DNA from: Antedon mediterranea
Lineage: Eukaryota > Animalia > Echinodermata
Direction of reading: 5' to 3'
NCBI RefSeq assembly: GCF_964355755.1
Contig: NC_092671.1
Span: forward strand, 32,684,304-32,748,303
Length of the DNA stretch: 64,000 nucleotides
In this document: piece after piece, positions 51,586 through 64,000 of the stretch
Numbering within the stretch: the stretch's first letter is position 1
Layout of the letters: every line of letters starts with the position of its first letter
Made by a program: the position numbers and the translations under genes
The notes under the pieces: generated by a model
Database searches by the model: none
Told to the model about the DNA's origin: nothing
What the model saw: only the letters and a program-made list of their open reading frames with translations

Positions 51586-52012
51586 TCTCCATTGAGATCC
51601 AGCCACTGATACCCACAGCATTGTCATTTTGTATCTCCATTGAGATGCAGCCACTGATACCCACAGCATTGTCATTTTGTATCTCCATTGAGATCCAGCC
51701 ACTGATACCCACAGCATTGTCATTTTGTATCTCCATTGAGATCCAGCCACTGATACCCACAGCTTTGTCATTTTGTATCTCCATTGAGATCCAGCCACTG
51801 ATACCCACAGCATTGTCATTTTGTATCTCCATTGAGATCCAGCCACTGATACTCACAGCATTGTCATTTTGTATCTCCATTGAGATCCAGCCACTGATAC
51901 CCACAGCATTGTCATTTTGTATCTCCATTGAGATCCAGCCACTGATACCCACAGCATTGTTATTTTGTATCTCCATTGAGATCCAGCCACTGATACCCAC
52001 AGCATTGTCATT
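51586..52012. repeat. 48-bp minisatellite derived from the pLTR-like tail (TTTTGTATCTCCATTGAGATCCAGCCACTGATACCCACAGCATTGTCA)n, about 9 copies
   Basis: Direct tandem array. A single copy of the unit also occurs at 51453-51500. Confidence 0.95.
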
Positions 52013-52094
52013 TTTTTAGTATTTTGCCTTTGGATTTATACATGTTGATATAGAATGTATTTGTACATCCTTTCATTGAGATAAAACTTTAATA

Positions 52095-52350
52095 ATAAGT
52101 GTCAGAAATGTAGAAGTGTCAGAAACCATGCAAATATCGGAAATGTGTGAGAAATATACAAATGTCTGAAACATAGAAGTGTCAGAAATATACAAATGTG
52201 GGAAGCATAGAAGTGTCCGAAACCATGTAGGTGTCGGATATACTGTATGGAAGTGTCAGAAGAAAAGAAGTTTCGGAAACATGAGATTCAAGTGTCAAAA
52301 CATGTAGGTGGAAACATAGCCATCAGAAAAAAGGAAAATGTCGGAAACCA
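52095..52350. repeat. Degenerate (GTGTC[AG]GAAA..) short-period repeats
   Basis: Recurrent gtgtcagaaa / gtgtcggaaac motifs, resembling DNA-transposon subterminal arrays. Confidence 0.55.
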
Positions 52351-52534
52351 AGCCAGGAACAGAATAGACATAAATTATTTTTGAAATGATCATGTTTTCT
52401 AACTTTGGTTTGTTTCTGATGCATATCACCAAATAAAATATAATCTTTATATCGACTGTATTTCTGCTAAATTTGTGGTCCTAAAATAACCGTTTAAAAT
52501 CAGTTGGTGGTTAAAAGGCGATCCGATTCGCTCC

Positions 52535-53085
52535 GATTTTATGCACATTTCTATAAAATTAGCGGCCATTTTGAAAAATGGCCGCTATTTCAATACATGG
52601 CAAAATCTGAAGTGTCAACAAGGCCTAATGGATTCCGTGTCTGAAGTACATGTGTTTAGAAACCAAGATTGTGTATCTACCTTATTTAGATCTGATTTTA
52701 TCCACATTTTATATAAAAATGGCGGCCATTTTGAAAAATGGCTGCCATTTTAATACGAGGCAAAAACTGAAGTCTCAACAAGGCCTAATGGATTCCGTGT
52801 CTGAAGTACATGTGTTTAGACACCAAGATTGTGTATCTACCTTATTTAGATCTGATTTTATATCCACATTTTATATAAAAATGGCGGCCATTTTGAAAAA
52901 TGGCTGCCATTTTAATACGAGGCAAAAACTGAAGTGTCAACAAGGCCTAATGGATTCCGTGTCTGAAGTACATGTGTTTAGACACCAAGATTGTGTATCT
53001 ACCTTATTTAGATCTGATTTTATCCTCATTTTATACAAAAATGGCGTTTCAATACGAGGCAAAAAATTAAGTGTCAACAGGGATT
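52535..53085. repeat. About 160-bp tandem repeat (~3.3 copies) with GGCGGCCATTTTGAAAAATGGC palindromic motif
   Basis: CCATTTTGAAAAATGG at 52566, 52726 and 52888. Confidence 0.9.
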
Positions 53086-55598
53086 AGAGTGATCAGAAGG
53101 GTTTAATTAGGATATCTGGCTATGTTGACAGCCTCTAACATTCCGCTCCCCCTAACTTGATTTCTAAGCATCTTTTCAGATTTTTGTCCTAGACTATAAA
53201 GTGGTCAAACATTCAAGAAGGTGATTTAAAAGTCTATCTGCGTGAGAACGATACGCACCGCAACGCGTTAAGCGTATAAACGAAAAATGCTAGATTACCA
53301 AGAAATTATTCATTCTATTACGATTAACAATAATTATATTTAATTTTATAAAAACTTCACTGTGCTTTGACAAGAAGTGTTGTAATTTATGTGGTCTAAA
53401 TGTATTACATTAGATTATTATTTTTTATATTAAATAATGTTTTTGAACACATTTATGGCCGCCATCTTGTTGGGTCCCCTCCTGTTGGAATCATTTTTCA
53501 GTCTGGAGTACGTCCTCTAGCCTTCGGCTTTACCTCACTGCAAGTAACACAATTAATGTTATATTAATGAGTTGAATGGGGATAATATTTTCGTGGGTTG
53601 AATGGAACTGACAATCTTTCAACAAAATATTCTCTTCATCCAATGAACACAAAGTATATCATGTTCCAAATGAAACAAACCAAATATATAAATTTTATGA
53701 AACACCCATGAGATAATGGTACATTCCATGAACCCTGCCCTCAAGTGGGAGCATCCCAGCTCTCTTCTCGGAGGGAATAGGCTAATGTCGGTTTATCTAG
53801 GCATGAAATAGAAAAGGTTATTATTATTCCTACTGTCCTAAAGTAAACTTTTAGTACTCTATCATTTATTTCGGTTTTAGTCTTGCATCTTGGATGTCGA
53901 TAGCTAGGACATGCAAAAAGACATCGTTTGCATTTTAGAATGAGATTACAAATGTGATATGATACAAGAACAGCCAATAAAATGGGTACATTATTAAATA
54001 TCATAGTTTAAGGTTGTTTAAATGTTGTTTTTTTTATCTTGCTATTGATTTTGAAGGTACCTAAGGCATTAATTCAACCACATATGCTACAATACAGTAT
54101 GTAAATTTATTATAATCTATTTTTACATATTTTTATTAATATTAACAAGTGTTACAATAGTATGTAAGTACAGGTATATACTTATTTATACAACTTATGT
54201 TAATAATAACTTCAATAATATTTTCTGATCACCAGAAAAATGCAGAGACACAAACAAGAAAAAAATCGATTTTAAAAAGACAGTAAATAAAAAGGAGCAG
54301 AATACTTATTAAAGAGGCAAAATTAATGGGACAATTTGTTGGGTCATGAAGGTTGTCCCCTTAATAGGGGCCTACTGTAAATAAATATTGCTAAAAATTG
54401 AATATAAACACCTTTATTGTATAATATATTTAATCTATACCATATTTATATATCTATCAAGATATAAAAATTATTTTATTGTAAAAATTAGAATGGCAGT
54501 ATATTGAAGTACAAAGACCGCAAAACACTCAAGTACACCATAGTATTATCTGGTTGAGATGTGCTAAGTAGTTTAAACAGTAACAATGTATTTCATAATT
54601 ATTAATTGTAAAAAATCTTTAACAAAAGAGGAAAAAAACACTAAAGCATTATTATTCTCATTAAAATACATAGATAAAATAAATGCTAGAGGGTACTTCG
54701 TTTGCTTCTCCTCCACTAAGTGTACACAGATGGTTCATTCGCAAAAACTTTTGATTAATATAAAATTGGTTGACACATATTACGCTGAATCAACATATAT
54801 TTTTTTTTAGATTTTATTTTTTTAAACCTGCAGGATAGCTGTTAATTCGAAACCACTGGATAAGACAAGATATTGTATATAAAACTATAATTAAAGGACC
54901 TCTATAGAATTCCTTCAGGATTGAATAGCGGGTGATCAAAATATTTTACCATTTTTGTAACAAGTATTTGAAATTAAGAATAATTTATCATACTAATGAT
55001 AAATCATTGACCTGTTACTGCAATTAACCATTTAATAAATAATCATAATTTTCCATTTAAAATAACGATTCCATGGAGACTTGGTCCACATATAGCTAAA
55101 GAGGGAGGGTCTATCAACTAATTTGAAAGATTATGTAAGTGTCATTACTGAAAATTCTAGGTTTGGCAACAATGTATTTGACAAATGATCTTATGGAGAA
55201 AATGACTATGAGATATTCACAACTCGTACTAAATTGCATCATAAAAGGATTTCTTTATCATCAGTAAACTATGTACTTTAATTACTGGTACATTATTATT
55301 ATAATACTATTATTATACTTTAGAGGTCATTTCCTTTTTGATATTTAGATAATTTAACAAAAGGAGTTGTCAAGGTGAAATATGAAGCTATATGTCAACT
55401 AAAGTAGGATAACTTAATTACGTATTATCATGTACTAAAAAAACATTGTAAACAGCAAAGTCTTATTTTGACATGCTTAAGTGACGACCCCTAGTCAAAA
55501 TTGTACTGAAAATTATATTTTTCCGGTTATCCCAAGGGTGGCGGCAAGGGCGAGGTAGCCGTTGTGAAATGACCTACAGATAGGCCTAGGTCTTTTGT

Positions 55599-56369
55599 GG
55601 GCCTGTTTCTATTGAAAAATAAAAAAAGAACGGTTTTTTGGAAACCGGTTTCGGCTGTTGTTTATAAATAAAGATCGCGTTGCAGCTCAATTTGTACTCC
55701 AATAAAACCGGTTCCGTCCATGTGCGTTCGTTATGAATGACGTCATTATATACACCACAATGCAGTTCGTTAGGCGGAAGCGCGATTGGATCGAGGTCAA
55801 GTTTACTTTTTTTTGCATAGTGCGATCCCCAAGAAATAGCATCCATTTCATCATGGAAGGGGGAATTATTACCTGAAACGTTATTGTGGTCGTTGGTTAA
55901 AGTATAGGTACGTCGCACCCTCTGATATTGTCAAGTTGAACTCGTCTAGCTTTCACACGCTTTACAATATTCTTAAAAACATGTAGGCCTAGGCCTACGT
56001 GAGTCTTTCTTCCGACTCCCGACAAGTCCCCTCATCTTTTTCCCTTCACATATTTTTTACAAACCTCGTAATGGCATCGGTCAACATTTTTTTTAGTTAA
56101 ATACTCACTATCTAGAGAAATAAAAATGACTTAGGGCTAGGTCCTATCGCGCGGGTTTGACTGCGAGTTGACCGCAATCGTCCCAGTGCAGCAGACTGCA
56201 GAGTTCAGTTTTTGGGGTAAAATTGAGACCGCGATTGTGTTGCAGCTAAAAATTGCTTTCAGAACGGTTCTTTGCGATCGAGACCGCAATCAATTGGGGT
56301 TTTTGAAACCGTTTTTCTTGAAAAGAACGGTATTCAAAACCGTATTCTCTGCTCTATAGAAACAGGCCC
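55599..56369. mobile_element. PIF/Harbinger-like MITE
   Basis: TGT|GGGCCTGTTTCTAT ... ATAGAAACAGGCCC|TGT, with a 3-bp TSD. Confidence 0.88.
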
Positions 56370-57142
56370 TGTGACCAACCTTAAAATTGTCAATGAATTA
56401 TGATTAACAATATTAAATCCATTTTATTTTAACTAAGTTTTATTTTGCTTTTTGATGTACCACATGTACTCCACAATAAAACAGTGGTCGGTGAAGACGA
56501 TATATAAACAAAGAAGCGATTCTTGTTATCAAGTAATTATTGTCTTCCAGTTTAAAGGTATAATTGAAAAATTTGCTGCAAACTTTATACCCTTGGGAAG
56601 CAACGCAACCATTAAATCTGTAAATTTTATAGTACGAACAGACCTCCTTCTTACATGTGCATGTGACCAAAACCTTTTGAGATGGGTCACTAATTAATTT
56701 CCCGTTAGCAATTAGATTATGTTATATTAAGCAACAAAAAAAATGTATCTTTAGACCAATTTCACAATCAGGTCATAGAAAGGTTATCATGAATTCACTA
56801 ATTAGATAGTGCCAGTCCATTGGATAGGAAACAGCTAGTTTATAATATTATTATTTATTAATGTTCAACCAATAGCCAATAAACACTTAAGGACATTAAA
56901 AAATCCACTATTAAAGACTATTATTTTATGTAAGTATGCAATGTAAGTCTGACACTTAATAAAGTAAAGTAGTCTTTCCATCAGTAAATACAATTAGACA
57001 TTTTAAAAAGTGTTGAATAATTACAAAGATAAGGCCTCAAGCAACAGGTATATTAAATTGGGGAAGAGAAATGGTGGTATACAATAAATTAATATATATT
57101 TTATATTTTGCTTCTACAGTACTCATACCATCTCAATATTAT

Positions 57143-59380
57143 CACTTTGACTGCCAAAGGTTTTTCCAGTTAGAAACTGCCACCGCCAGCGTTTATAGCC
57201 CAATTCGATGTTTTTATTAAAGCTGATTGAAACTATGTATGTGATCTGATTTACATGTAATTTAGACTACTAGATGGTACGCTCGCTTCGCTCGCGTACC
57301 ATCTAGGTCGTGCCCACAGATGGTTCTCGAATACATACTAATTTCAGCGTTAAAAAACTGGCGATTTCAAAATACGTACCGCAGGACAATAATACATGTC
57401 GTTTACAGGAACGAATAAATAGACACTGTGATTTATGTACTCAACTAAAATTAGCACCCTGGGAATTACTTCCGAAAGAGAAACTTGTCACAAAATGAGA
57501 CAATTGTTTAAGTCAAATTTAAACAAACTTAATTTGTGTTTTATATGTAACATTAGGGTTGAGGTATGGGGAAGAGGATGGGTGCAAAGAGGAACAATTT
57601 TTAAATATATTCTTTATCCATTTAGTAACGACATATTAATTGTTTTCATGTTTTACAAATAATATACCACTAAACACAGTAAAACATTGCGATGTAATAC
57701 TTTGTTGAAACTATCACCGTCCTAGTCGATTGAAAAGTACAGTACGTGTAACGGTACATCACTACGACGTGTATATGTTTATATAATGTAAAACAATTTG
57801 TGAAAACCACCTCTATTCGGGGCAAATCACAAATTCGATTTAATCGTCAAGAAATATTAAATTATCTAACTCAACTTAATTAGTAGGCCTAATGGTTTTC
57901 AGTTGTTTCTTAGAGCTAATTCATACTTAAGTTGGTTTGTGATGCACTGTAGGCCTATCCTCTACTGGCTTTACAACGCTACTCATGCCAGTGAGGGAAG
58001 GGTGATGATGTGGGTGGTTTAACTGCAATAATAAAGATTTGTACATAAATATACGGCGACTGAAAACGCTAGGAAAATCTATATCCAACCTCTGCAGCAC
58101 AGAATGGATCGAATTTCTGTTATGAGTATACAGTACTTGCCTTTACGACGCCTGAGGGAATAGACACTTGTGGAACAGAGATTGGAATGTTCCATTCATC
58201 ACAAATCAATACATTTGTATAAACGTATATTAAATCTATCAAAATAGTATTTTTTAAAGAAAATCGGCCTGTCTTCAACATTATGATGCTGTACTCGAGC
58301 TGTTCAACCGGTTTTCAGCCATTAAAAACAATTATCGTAGGAGGAGATAGGAAAATGCGAAGCATCCTCGTATTATCGTCTGCGGGTATTTTTCCAGATG
58401 GACATCCATTAGACAGTGTATACCGCGATCGAAAAACACCCCTATTTGGGGCAAATCGTTGAACCTAAATTCGTTTTAATCGTCAATAACTAATTATCGA
58501 ACTCAATTTAATTAGTAAACAGGGTTACACCAGGCGGTTAAAATCAGCACCGAAAGTACGAACCAACTTTATATACCATCGAGTAAACATTCTAGAAATA
58601 ACGCGCGATTTACCGAATTTTGCCCTTACGTAAATTTATATATAGAAAATAATCATAAAGATTTTAGCTTTACAATGGTACCAAGAACGATTTTCAAATC
58701 GCAATATGTAAATCGTAATAGTAAAATGAAAGTAACCCACTTTTTGAGTTTTTCGTAGTTTCGCGCAAGAAAGTCGAGATATTCGCGATTTTGTGCAAGA
58801 CATCAAAATATGAAAATATCGCCCGGTGAGATCAACAAACAACAAAAAAGTTACTTACACGGCACCGGTAGGCCTATAAAAACAAGTTATCACTATCGAA
58901 AAATGTATTGCATTTTATAAATCATAAATCTTACATCAATGTTTCGCCAAAATCCACATAGTAAAGACACCAGGCCTAGTTAACTTGGCCTAAAGTTGGT
59001 CCGGAACCGTTTTACGACTAGGCCTAGGCTATAGCCTAGTACTACTAGCCTAGCTAGTAAACTGATGATAATATTCATACCATTTCTAAACAAGTTTGTT
59101 GTGTGAAACACAGCCACTTACAGTGAAACACCAAAACAATACATACAATAATAAAATTAAAGACTTCATATTGAAAATTCATCCATTATTTTTTATTCAG
59201 ATAACAAACAAACATGCCAATCCACATAAACCTTTGTAATGCTTCGGCGGCTTAGCTAGCGCGCGACCGATACACAATGCGCCAAACCATCGCTGTACGC
59301 GCTACTGTGATGCGCGGTGTATGTTATTTCGACAGGTATTTTCCAAAAAACGAAGATTTTCGTGTTTGGCAGTCAAAGTG
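57143..59380 (+). mobile_element. piggyBac-like element (copy of 27829-28870) with a nested Helitron and a small internal deletion
   Basis: TTAT|CACTTTGACTGCCAAA ... TTTGGCAGTCAAAGTG|TTAA. Colinear with the 27.8-kb copy on both sides of the insertion. Confidence 0.9.
57270..58646 (-). mobile_element. Non-autonomous Helitron-type element, complete
   Basis: Minus strand 5' TCTATATATAAA ... hairpin (CTAGATGGTACGC...GCGTACCATCTAG) and CTAG 3'. The empty site gacta|aaata in the 27.9-kb paralogue shows no TSD. Confidence 0.9.
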
Positions 59381-59601
59381 TTAAAAGAAATGGTAAGGTA
59401 TGTACAGTATAGGTCTTGTAGGTGATCTTGATTTCTGTTTCATTCATTGTTTTTGTTTCATACTAAACAAGAGACTATTATAATTTTACAAAAAATTTAG
59501 GTAAAATAAGTAACTCGTGATTATAAGTTTGATTTTTGGATTTTACAAACTCACTTTAAAGATATATGGAAAATAGGAAATCCAAGATAACAATTACTTA
59601 A

Positions 59602-60231
59602 ATACTCCTTCCCTACGTTTTTTAGATCTAATTTAAGGTCACAAACTACATTTAATGTAAAAATAAATATTATATGGTCCTATTGAGATAACTTTTTTGT
59701 CTTTAAATGGTTAAAAATGTGAAAAATAATTTTAATTTAGTAATTTTAGCGGCCCGCTATAAATCCCAAAATGCATTGCGCGCGGATTGATATTTTTGTT
59801 TTTCTTCTGTAATTCACCCACTTTTTGATCGATCGTGAGGACAAAATAAATGGAAGACTCCTAACTTTTCAGCGAAAATACCTGGTTTTCCCCAATTTGT
59901 ATCAACAGAGTCTGGCAAAAATAGAAAGACAATTTTAAATGCAGCAACTATACAACATCAGGCTAGGTATATAACTAGATTGAACGATGTTCGTAAGTTA
60001 CCAATGTTTACCAGCTAGGCCTACAAAACTAGCCTAGCTAGGCTAGGCCTAAAGACCATCCACGAGAGGTCATTCGCTGCGAGCTACTTAGGTAGTGCAT
60101 TATTTCTCACTTTTTATCATAATTTATCATAAAACGTACATTTAAGACAAGGAATGACCTGGTTTAATGTTTTTAAAGTAATATATATGTATTATTTTTA
60201 CAAAACGTCACAAATTGTAGGGAATGGGTCT
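59602..60231 (-). mobile_element. Kolobok-like MITE (inverted copy of 43569-44171)
   Basis: TTAA flanks. Reverse-complement alignment over the full length. Confidence 0.8.
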
Positions 60232-60239
60232 TTAACTGT

Positions 60240-61390
60240 TAAATGACAAAACTCTACCAAAACACTTATTTAAACCCGGACGATGTTATTGCTCTTTTAG
60301 AATTTATCTGCACAACATAATATTTCAGCTTCAGAGGACAAATTTATCGTCAGATATTTGGTACAGACAGTGCACAAAAATTTACTGACCACCTCAACTC
60401 CATCGATCCAACGGGCAACATTAAGTTCACGTTTGAGGAAGAAGATCAGGGAAAAATCCCTTTCCTGGACACATTAATTGTCAGGAAATAAGATGGGTCA
60501 CTGAAATTACTGGTGTACAGGAAAAAGACACATACTGACCAGTACCTGAACTTGTAATCTCAACACCCTCTACACCAAAATCTAGGGGTCATCAGAACGC
60601 TCATGGATAGAATGGAGAACATAGCAGAGGAGGCGGATAAGAAAGAAGAAGTTAAAATCAGGAATGCGCTTAGGAAATGTGGATACCCCAAGTGGTCACT
60701 GGTTAGAGTCAAACAACAAATAAACTACACAAACCAAAGGAATAAGAACCTTATGTCGAAGGAGTGGCATAACAAGCTCAGCGGATTTTAAAGAAATATG
60801 GTATTTCCACCGCCATGCGTCCAACGAACACTCTTAAAAGCACTCTAGTCCACCCCAAAGACAAGAAGTACATCACTTAAAGAAGTGACATATTTTACAA
60901 CATTCCTTGCAAAAGTTGCAAGAAATCGTATATTGGGAAAACAGGTCTGCAATTTGGAGTAAGACTATTAAGAACACCAAAAAGACACTGAAAAGGTCTT
61001 CGATCGTAAATACACCCGGGCAACTAGAAAGGAATCAACATCCGAAATCCACAAATCTGCCATCACAGACCACATGCAGCTCAAGAAAACCACATCATCG
61101 ATTGGGAGGGGGGCTAAAATTCTTGATAGAGACTCTAACCCATTCAAGCGTAGAATCAGAGAGGCAATCCAAATCAGAAAGAGGGGGGCTAACGCAATCA
61201 ACCGCGACGAAGGGGCTGTATTTCTCAATCACGTATACACATCATTGCTACGAAAAATTATGACGTTCACCTAGAAACAATAACAACAGATTTCCAGGAA
61301 GTAGCAGTGGACCGGATCACTTGTGATCAAGCCATCAGCCAAGATGGCGAAAGCTAAAGAATGTGAGTAATTTCTTTTGGATTTGTCAAA
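60240..61390 (+). mobile_element. Decayed Penelope-like retroelement (RT C-terminus, GIY-YIG endonuclease, 3' pLTR)
   Basis: YFSFRGQIYRQ, IKFTFEEE..KIPFLD, VYRKKTHTDQYL, IPCKSCKKSYIGKTG and RRIREAIQI motifs, with stops and frameshifts. Confidence 0.9.
61318..61365 (+). ncRNA. Minimal type I hammerhead ribozyme, G3-C8 variant, in the Penelope pLTR
   Basis: CTT-GTGATCA-A-GCCATC-agccaa-GATGGC-GAAA-GC-TA-AAG, directly 3' of the GIY-YIG ORF and followed by GTGAGT. Confidence 0.7.
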
Positions 61391-61499
61391 CAAAATGATT
61401 TATTTATTATCTACAATCCTACAAAATGCACTTATTCAAGGCGTCAAATATGGAAATAATTTTTGTGTTACAGCAGCAATTTCCAAGGCATTCTGACTG

Positions 61500-61795
61500 T
61501 CACTTGATGCATGAGGCTGCTACCATCTCTCCACTTCTTATAGTCTTCCTCCAGTCTTCTGGATGCTAAGCTCTGCGTTATTGATTCCTATATATACTGA
61601 TCTACCTTTTCTTGACTTGTCCTATCAGTCTCCAGCTATTCCTCATAACAACTTCCAAGACTGGCAGTATTTCACTTCCATGTTCCATGAGCTACAGTAC
61701 TTTGTGTTCCTCCTTTCTGTCAAGTTAACACCACACATCTTTCTTATCATTGCCCTTTCCAATCTTCTAACACTTCCTTCTCCTTTATGTTCCAT
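61500..61795 (-). mobile_element. RTE-like LINE 3' remnant
   Basis: The minus strand reads RRLERAMIRKMCGVNLTERRN, resembling the RTE post-RT region. Confidence 0.5.
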
Positions 61796-62071
61796 GTTTT
61801 AACTATAATCACCAATCTTAAACAGGCTTTTATATTTATTCTTCAAAATTCAACAATATCGTTAACTGAACTACAGCAAATGATAAAAAACATTCATTTA
61901 ATATTATACTGTACACCATTTTGAAATACGGTAACTTCCGGTAATAAAAAAACTAAAGTATTAAAGTTGAATTCAATGACAAATATCAATAATGTATGTT
62001 CTGCAAAACTTCAAATCTGTTGAAAATACGTATCAAGATGGTTATTATTAAGTTATTTTATATGTATAATT

Positions 62072-63651
62072 CAGTGGTGGCGCCAGCGGGGGGGCCGGGG
62101 GGGGGCCAGGGCCCCCCCCCCGTCGGGGAAAGCTGGCCCCCCCGTCAGGGAGTATTGGCCATATTGGTCGGGGAGAAAAATAGGATCATTTCTTTTCTGG
62201 TAAAAAATAAAACAATATTAAGTGTACTACTATATATTTTAAGTAACTGCGGCATTCCATTTTTGACGTACGTACGATATACTGACAGCGAAGTAAACAG
62301 TATGTGGTACGCATTTGTCTGGTGGCGGTGTCTGTTTGTACGAATCTTTCACTCACTGCGGTATACGCGTCGACATATCTGGGCTGTATCATATTACATC
62401 CAGGGACCAAAATATGTATTTTTCAGATTCCAGGCGAAAATCGAAAATTCATTTGCAACTACGCATCGACGTACGTTCATACAGGGATAAAGGTACGAGT
62501 TATGTTCTCACGGTTGAGTTTACGAATTGTTTCAATTTACCAATAACCCTTGCGTATATGTTCGCTGTCGATTAAAGGGGTTTGGGTGGGGGTTCGATTG
62601 GGAAAAGGAAGCGGTTGGCCCGAACCATAAAACAGGGTCTGGTCACGTTTCTTTTCGCGCATAAATCTCGATCTAGGGTAGGTGGGTGAATAGGGTGGCT
62701 TACTTCTAAAGGGAAAAAAAAGATGCAACAAACCCGTGACCGTCGCTAGACGCGGATTCGGCGCACTTGACTCTTTGAATTAAGAAGAGTAGGCTAGAGC
62801 TATAGTTGTGTAAATAGGCCTACATAGTGAAAGAACTATTTATGAATTCAAGAGTTTAAAAAGAAAACGCAATTTAAAATCTTCGGAAAATACCCACAAC
62901 TGAGTTATTTTCAAAACACATGCACTCCCACTACCAGCATCACGTTGTCTTAGCTCGCTCCTCGTGTGAATGCTGACGTCATCACTCTCCAAAAATACAC
63001 CATTTTCCGCCCTGGTCCGTGTGCAAGCGTTAGCGTGGACCTGTATATTTACACCCCTGTACAGAGTAGAGTGTAATATCGTGAACTTTTTTCTCGCGTA
63101 AGAAGGTTTTTTATATAATGGTATGCAGTATAAACGATAAAAAAAACGATAAACATGATGTTCTTTTATTATTATTTCATAGGCATAACATAAACATGAA
63201 ATGTCTTGTTCTATGTACACGGCCGAAAAAACGGCATTTTATTGATTTGTGTTATAGACACGGCGATTACGGCAATTCATTGTATACGGTACTAAATTAC
63301 ATTGAGTTATTCACCCGGCTATAGGGTATATATCTGAGGTTAACAGACCACCAAAGCACAGTCGTACACTAAACACATGCACTATCGAGGCATTTTTGGA
63401 TCAAAGTTTATTATTAGTTCGTCGAAAAAGATCCCTATTAATTAGAGTATTTAGGAAAGATTTATTTAAATTTACATTATTATGTGACATTGTTATTAAA
63501 TGTAAATGGAAACAGTTGCTCTAGCCCATTAAACAGTGTGTAAGCATCTATTTTTTCAAAATTTTCTGAACCCACCCCCGCTTTCGCGCATTCGGCCCCC
63601 CCTGTCGGGGAATTCGGCCCCCCCGTCGGGGAAATCCTGGCGCCACCACTG
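62072..63651. mobile_element. hAT-like non-autonomous element
   Basis: GTATAATT|CAGTGGTGGCGCCAG ... CTGGCGCCACCACTG|GTATAATT, with an 8-bp TSD and G/C-run subterminal repeats. Confidence 0.93.
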
Positions 63652-64000
63652 GTATAATTACTGTGATTTAAACAATGCATGAATTATTCAATGTCTTTGC
63701 ACCTACAGTATATCCACCAAGGAATATACTACTTTTTTATCTTTGGTTCTGCCTGATTGCTTTACAAAATTGATTTTAAATTATTTCATCTAATATTATA
63801 ACCAAACGTTAATTTACAAACAGATAATATAAATGATCAAAGAAATGTTTTATTGCTCAGACAGTTACACAATTGCCAGTGGTGTAACGCATAAGTCGCT
63901 CTGCCACTTTTTAGCCTTTTTCAACAATATTTGAATGCCTGTTCAGACTGTAAATACTATATAAACCTATAATTCTGACGTTTGTGTGTCAAAATTGCTG

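Noticed and set aside
51532-52019. Repetitive 16-aa ORFs
   Set aside because: The 48-bp tandem unit happens to be stop-free in several frames.

Overview
AT-rich, repeat-dense eukaryotic DNA, most likely from an invertebrate metazoan. The only host gene I can support is a KCNQ1-like voltage-gated K+ channel on the minus strand. Two coding exons are visible (38574-38803 and 12215-12305), separated by a 26.3-kb phase-2 intron, and later exons probably lie left of the window. Almost everything else is mobile DNA: Helitron-type, piggyBac-, Harbinger-, MULE-, hAT-, pogo/Tc2-, Kolobok- and EnSpm-like non-autonomous elements, often nested. There are also decayed RTE, CR1/L2, L1/Tx1 and Penelope retroelements, tRNA pseudogenes and several minisatellites. 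Five observations stand out. (i) At 48.9-52.0 kb, tandem ~427-bp units each carry a Pol III tRNA-like cassette with an ATC anticodon and are bracketed by minimal hammerhead ribozymes in a Penelope-style tandem/inverted arrangement. (ii) A Penelope hammerhead carries a compensatory G3-C8 core swap. (iii) TA-GGCC-TA and TA-CAG-TA micro-insertions between paralogous copies look like transposon excision footprints. (iv) A Harbinger-like head-to-tail dimer is bounded by one TSD. (v) A near-perfect 897-bp tandem repeat has hairpins that appear conserved in a diverged copy. All calls were made by eye, without database searches.
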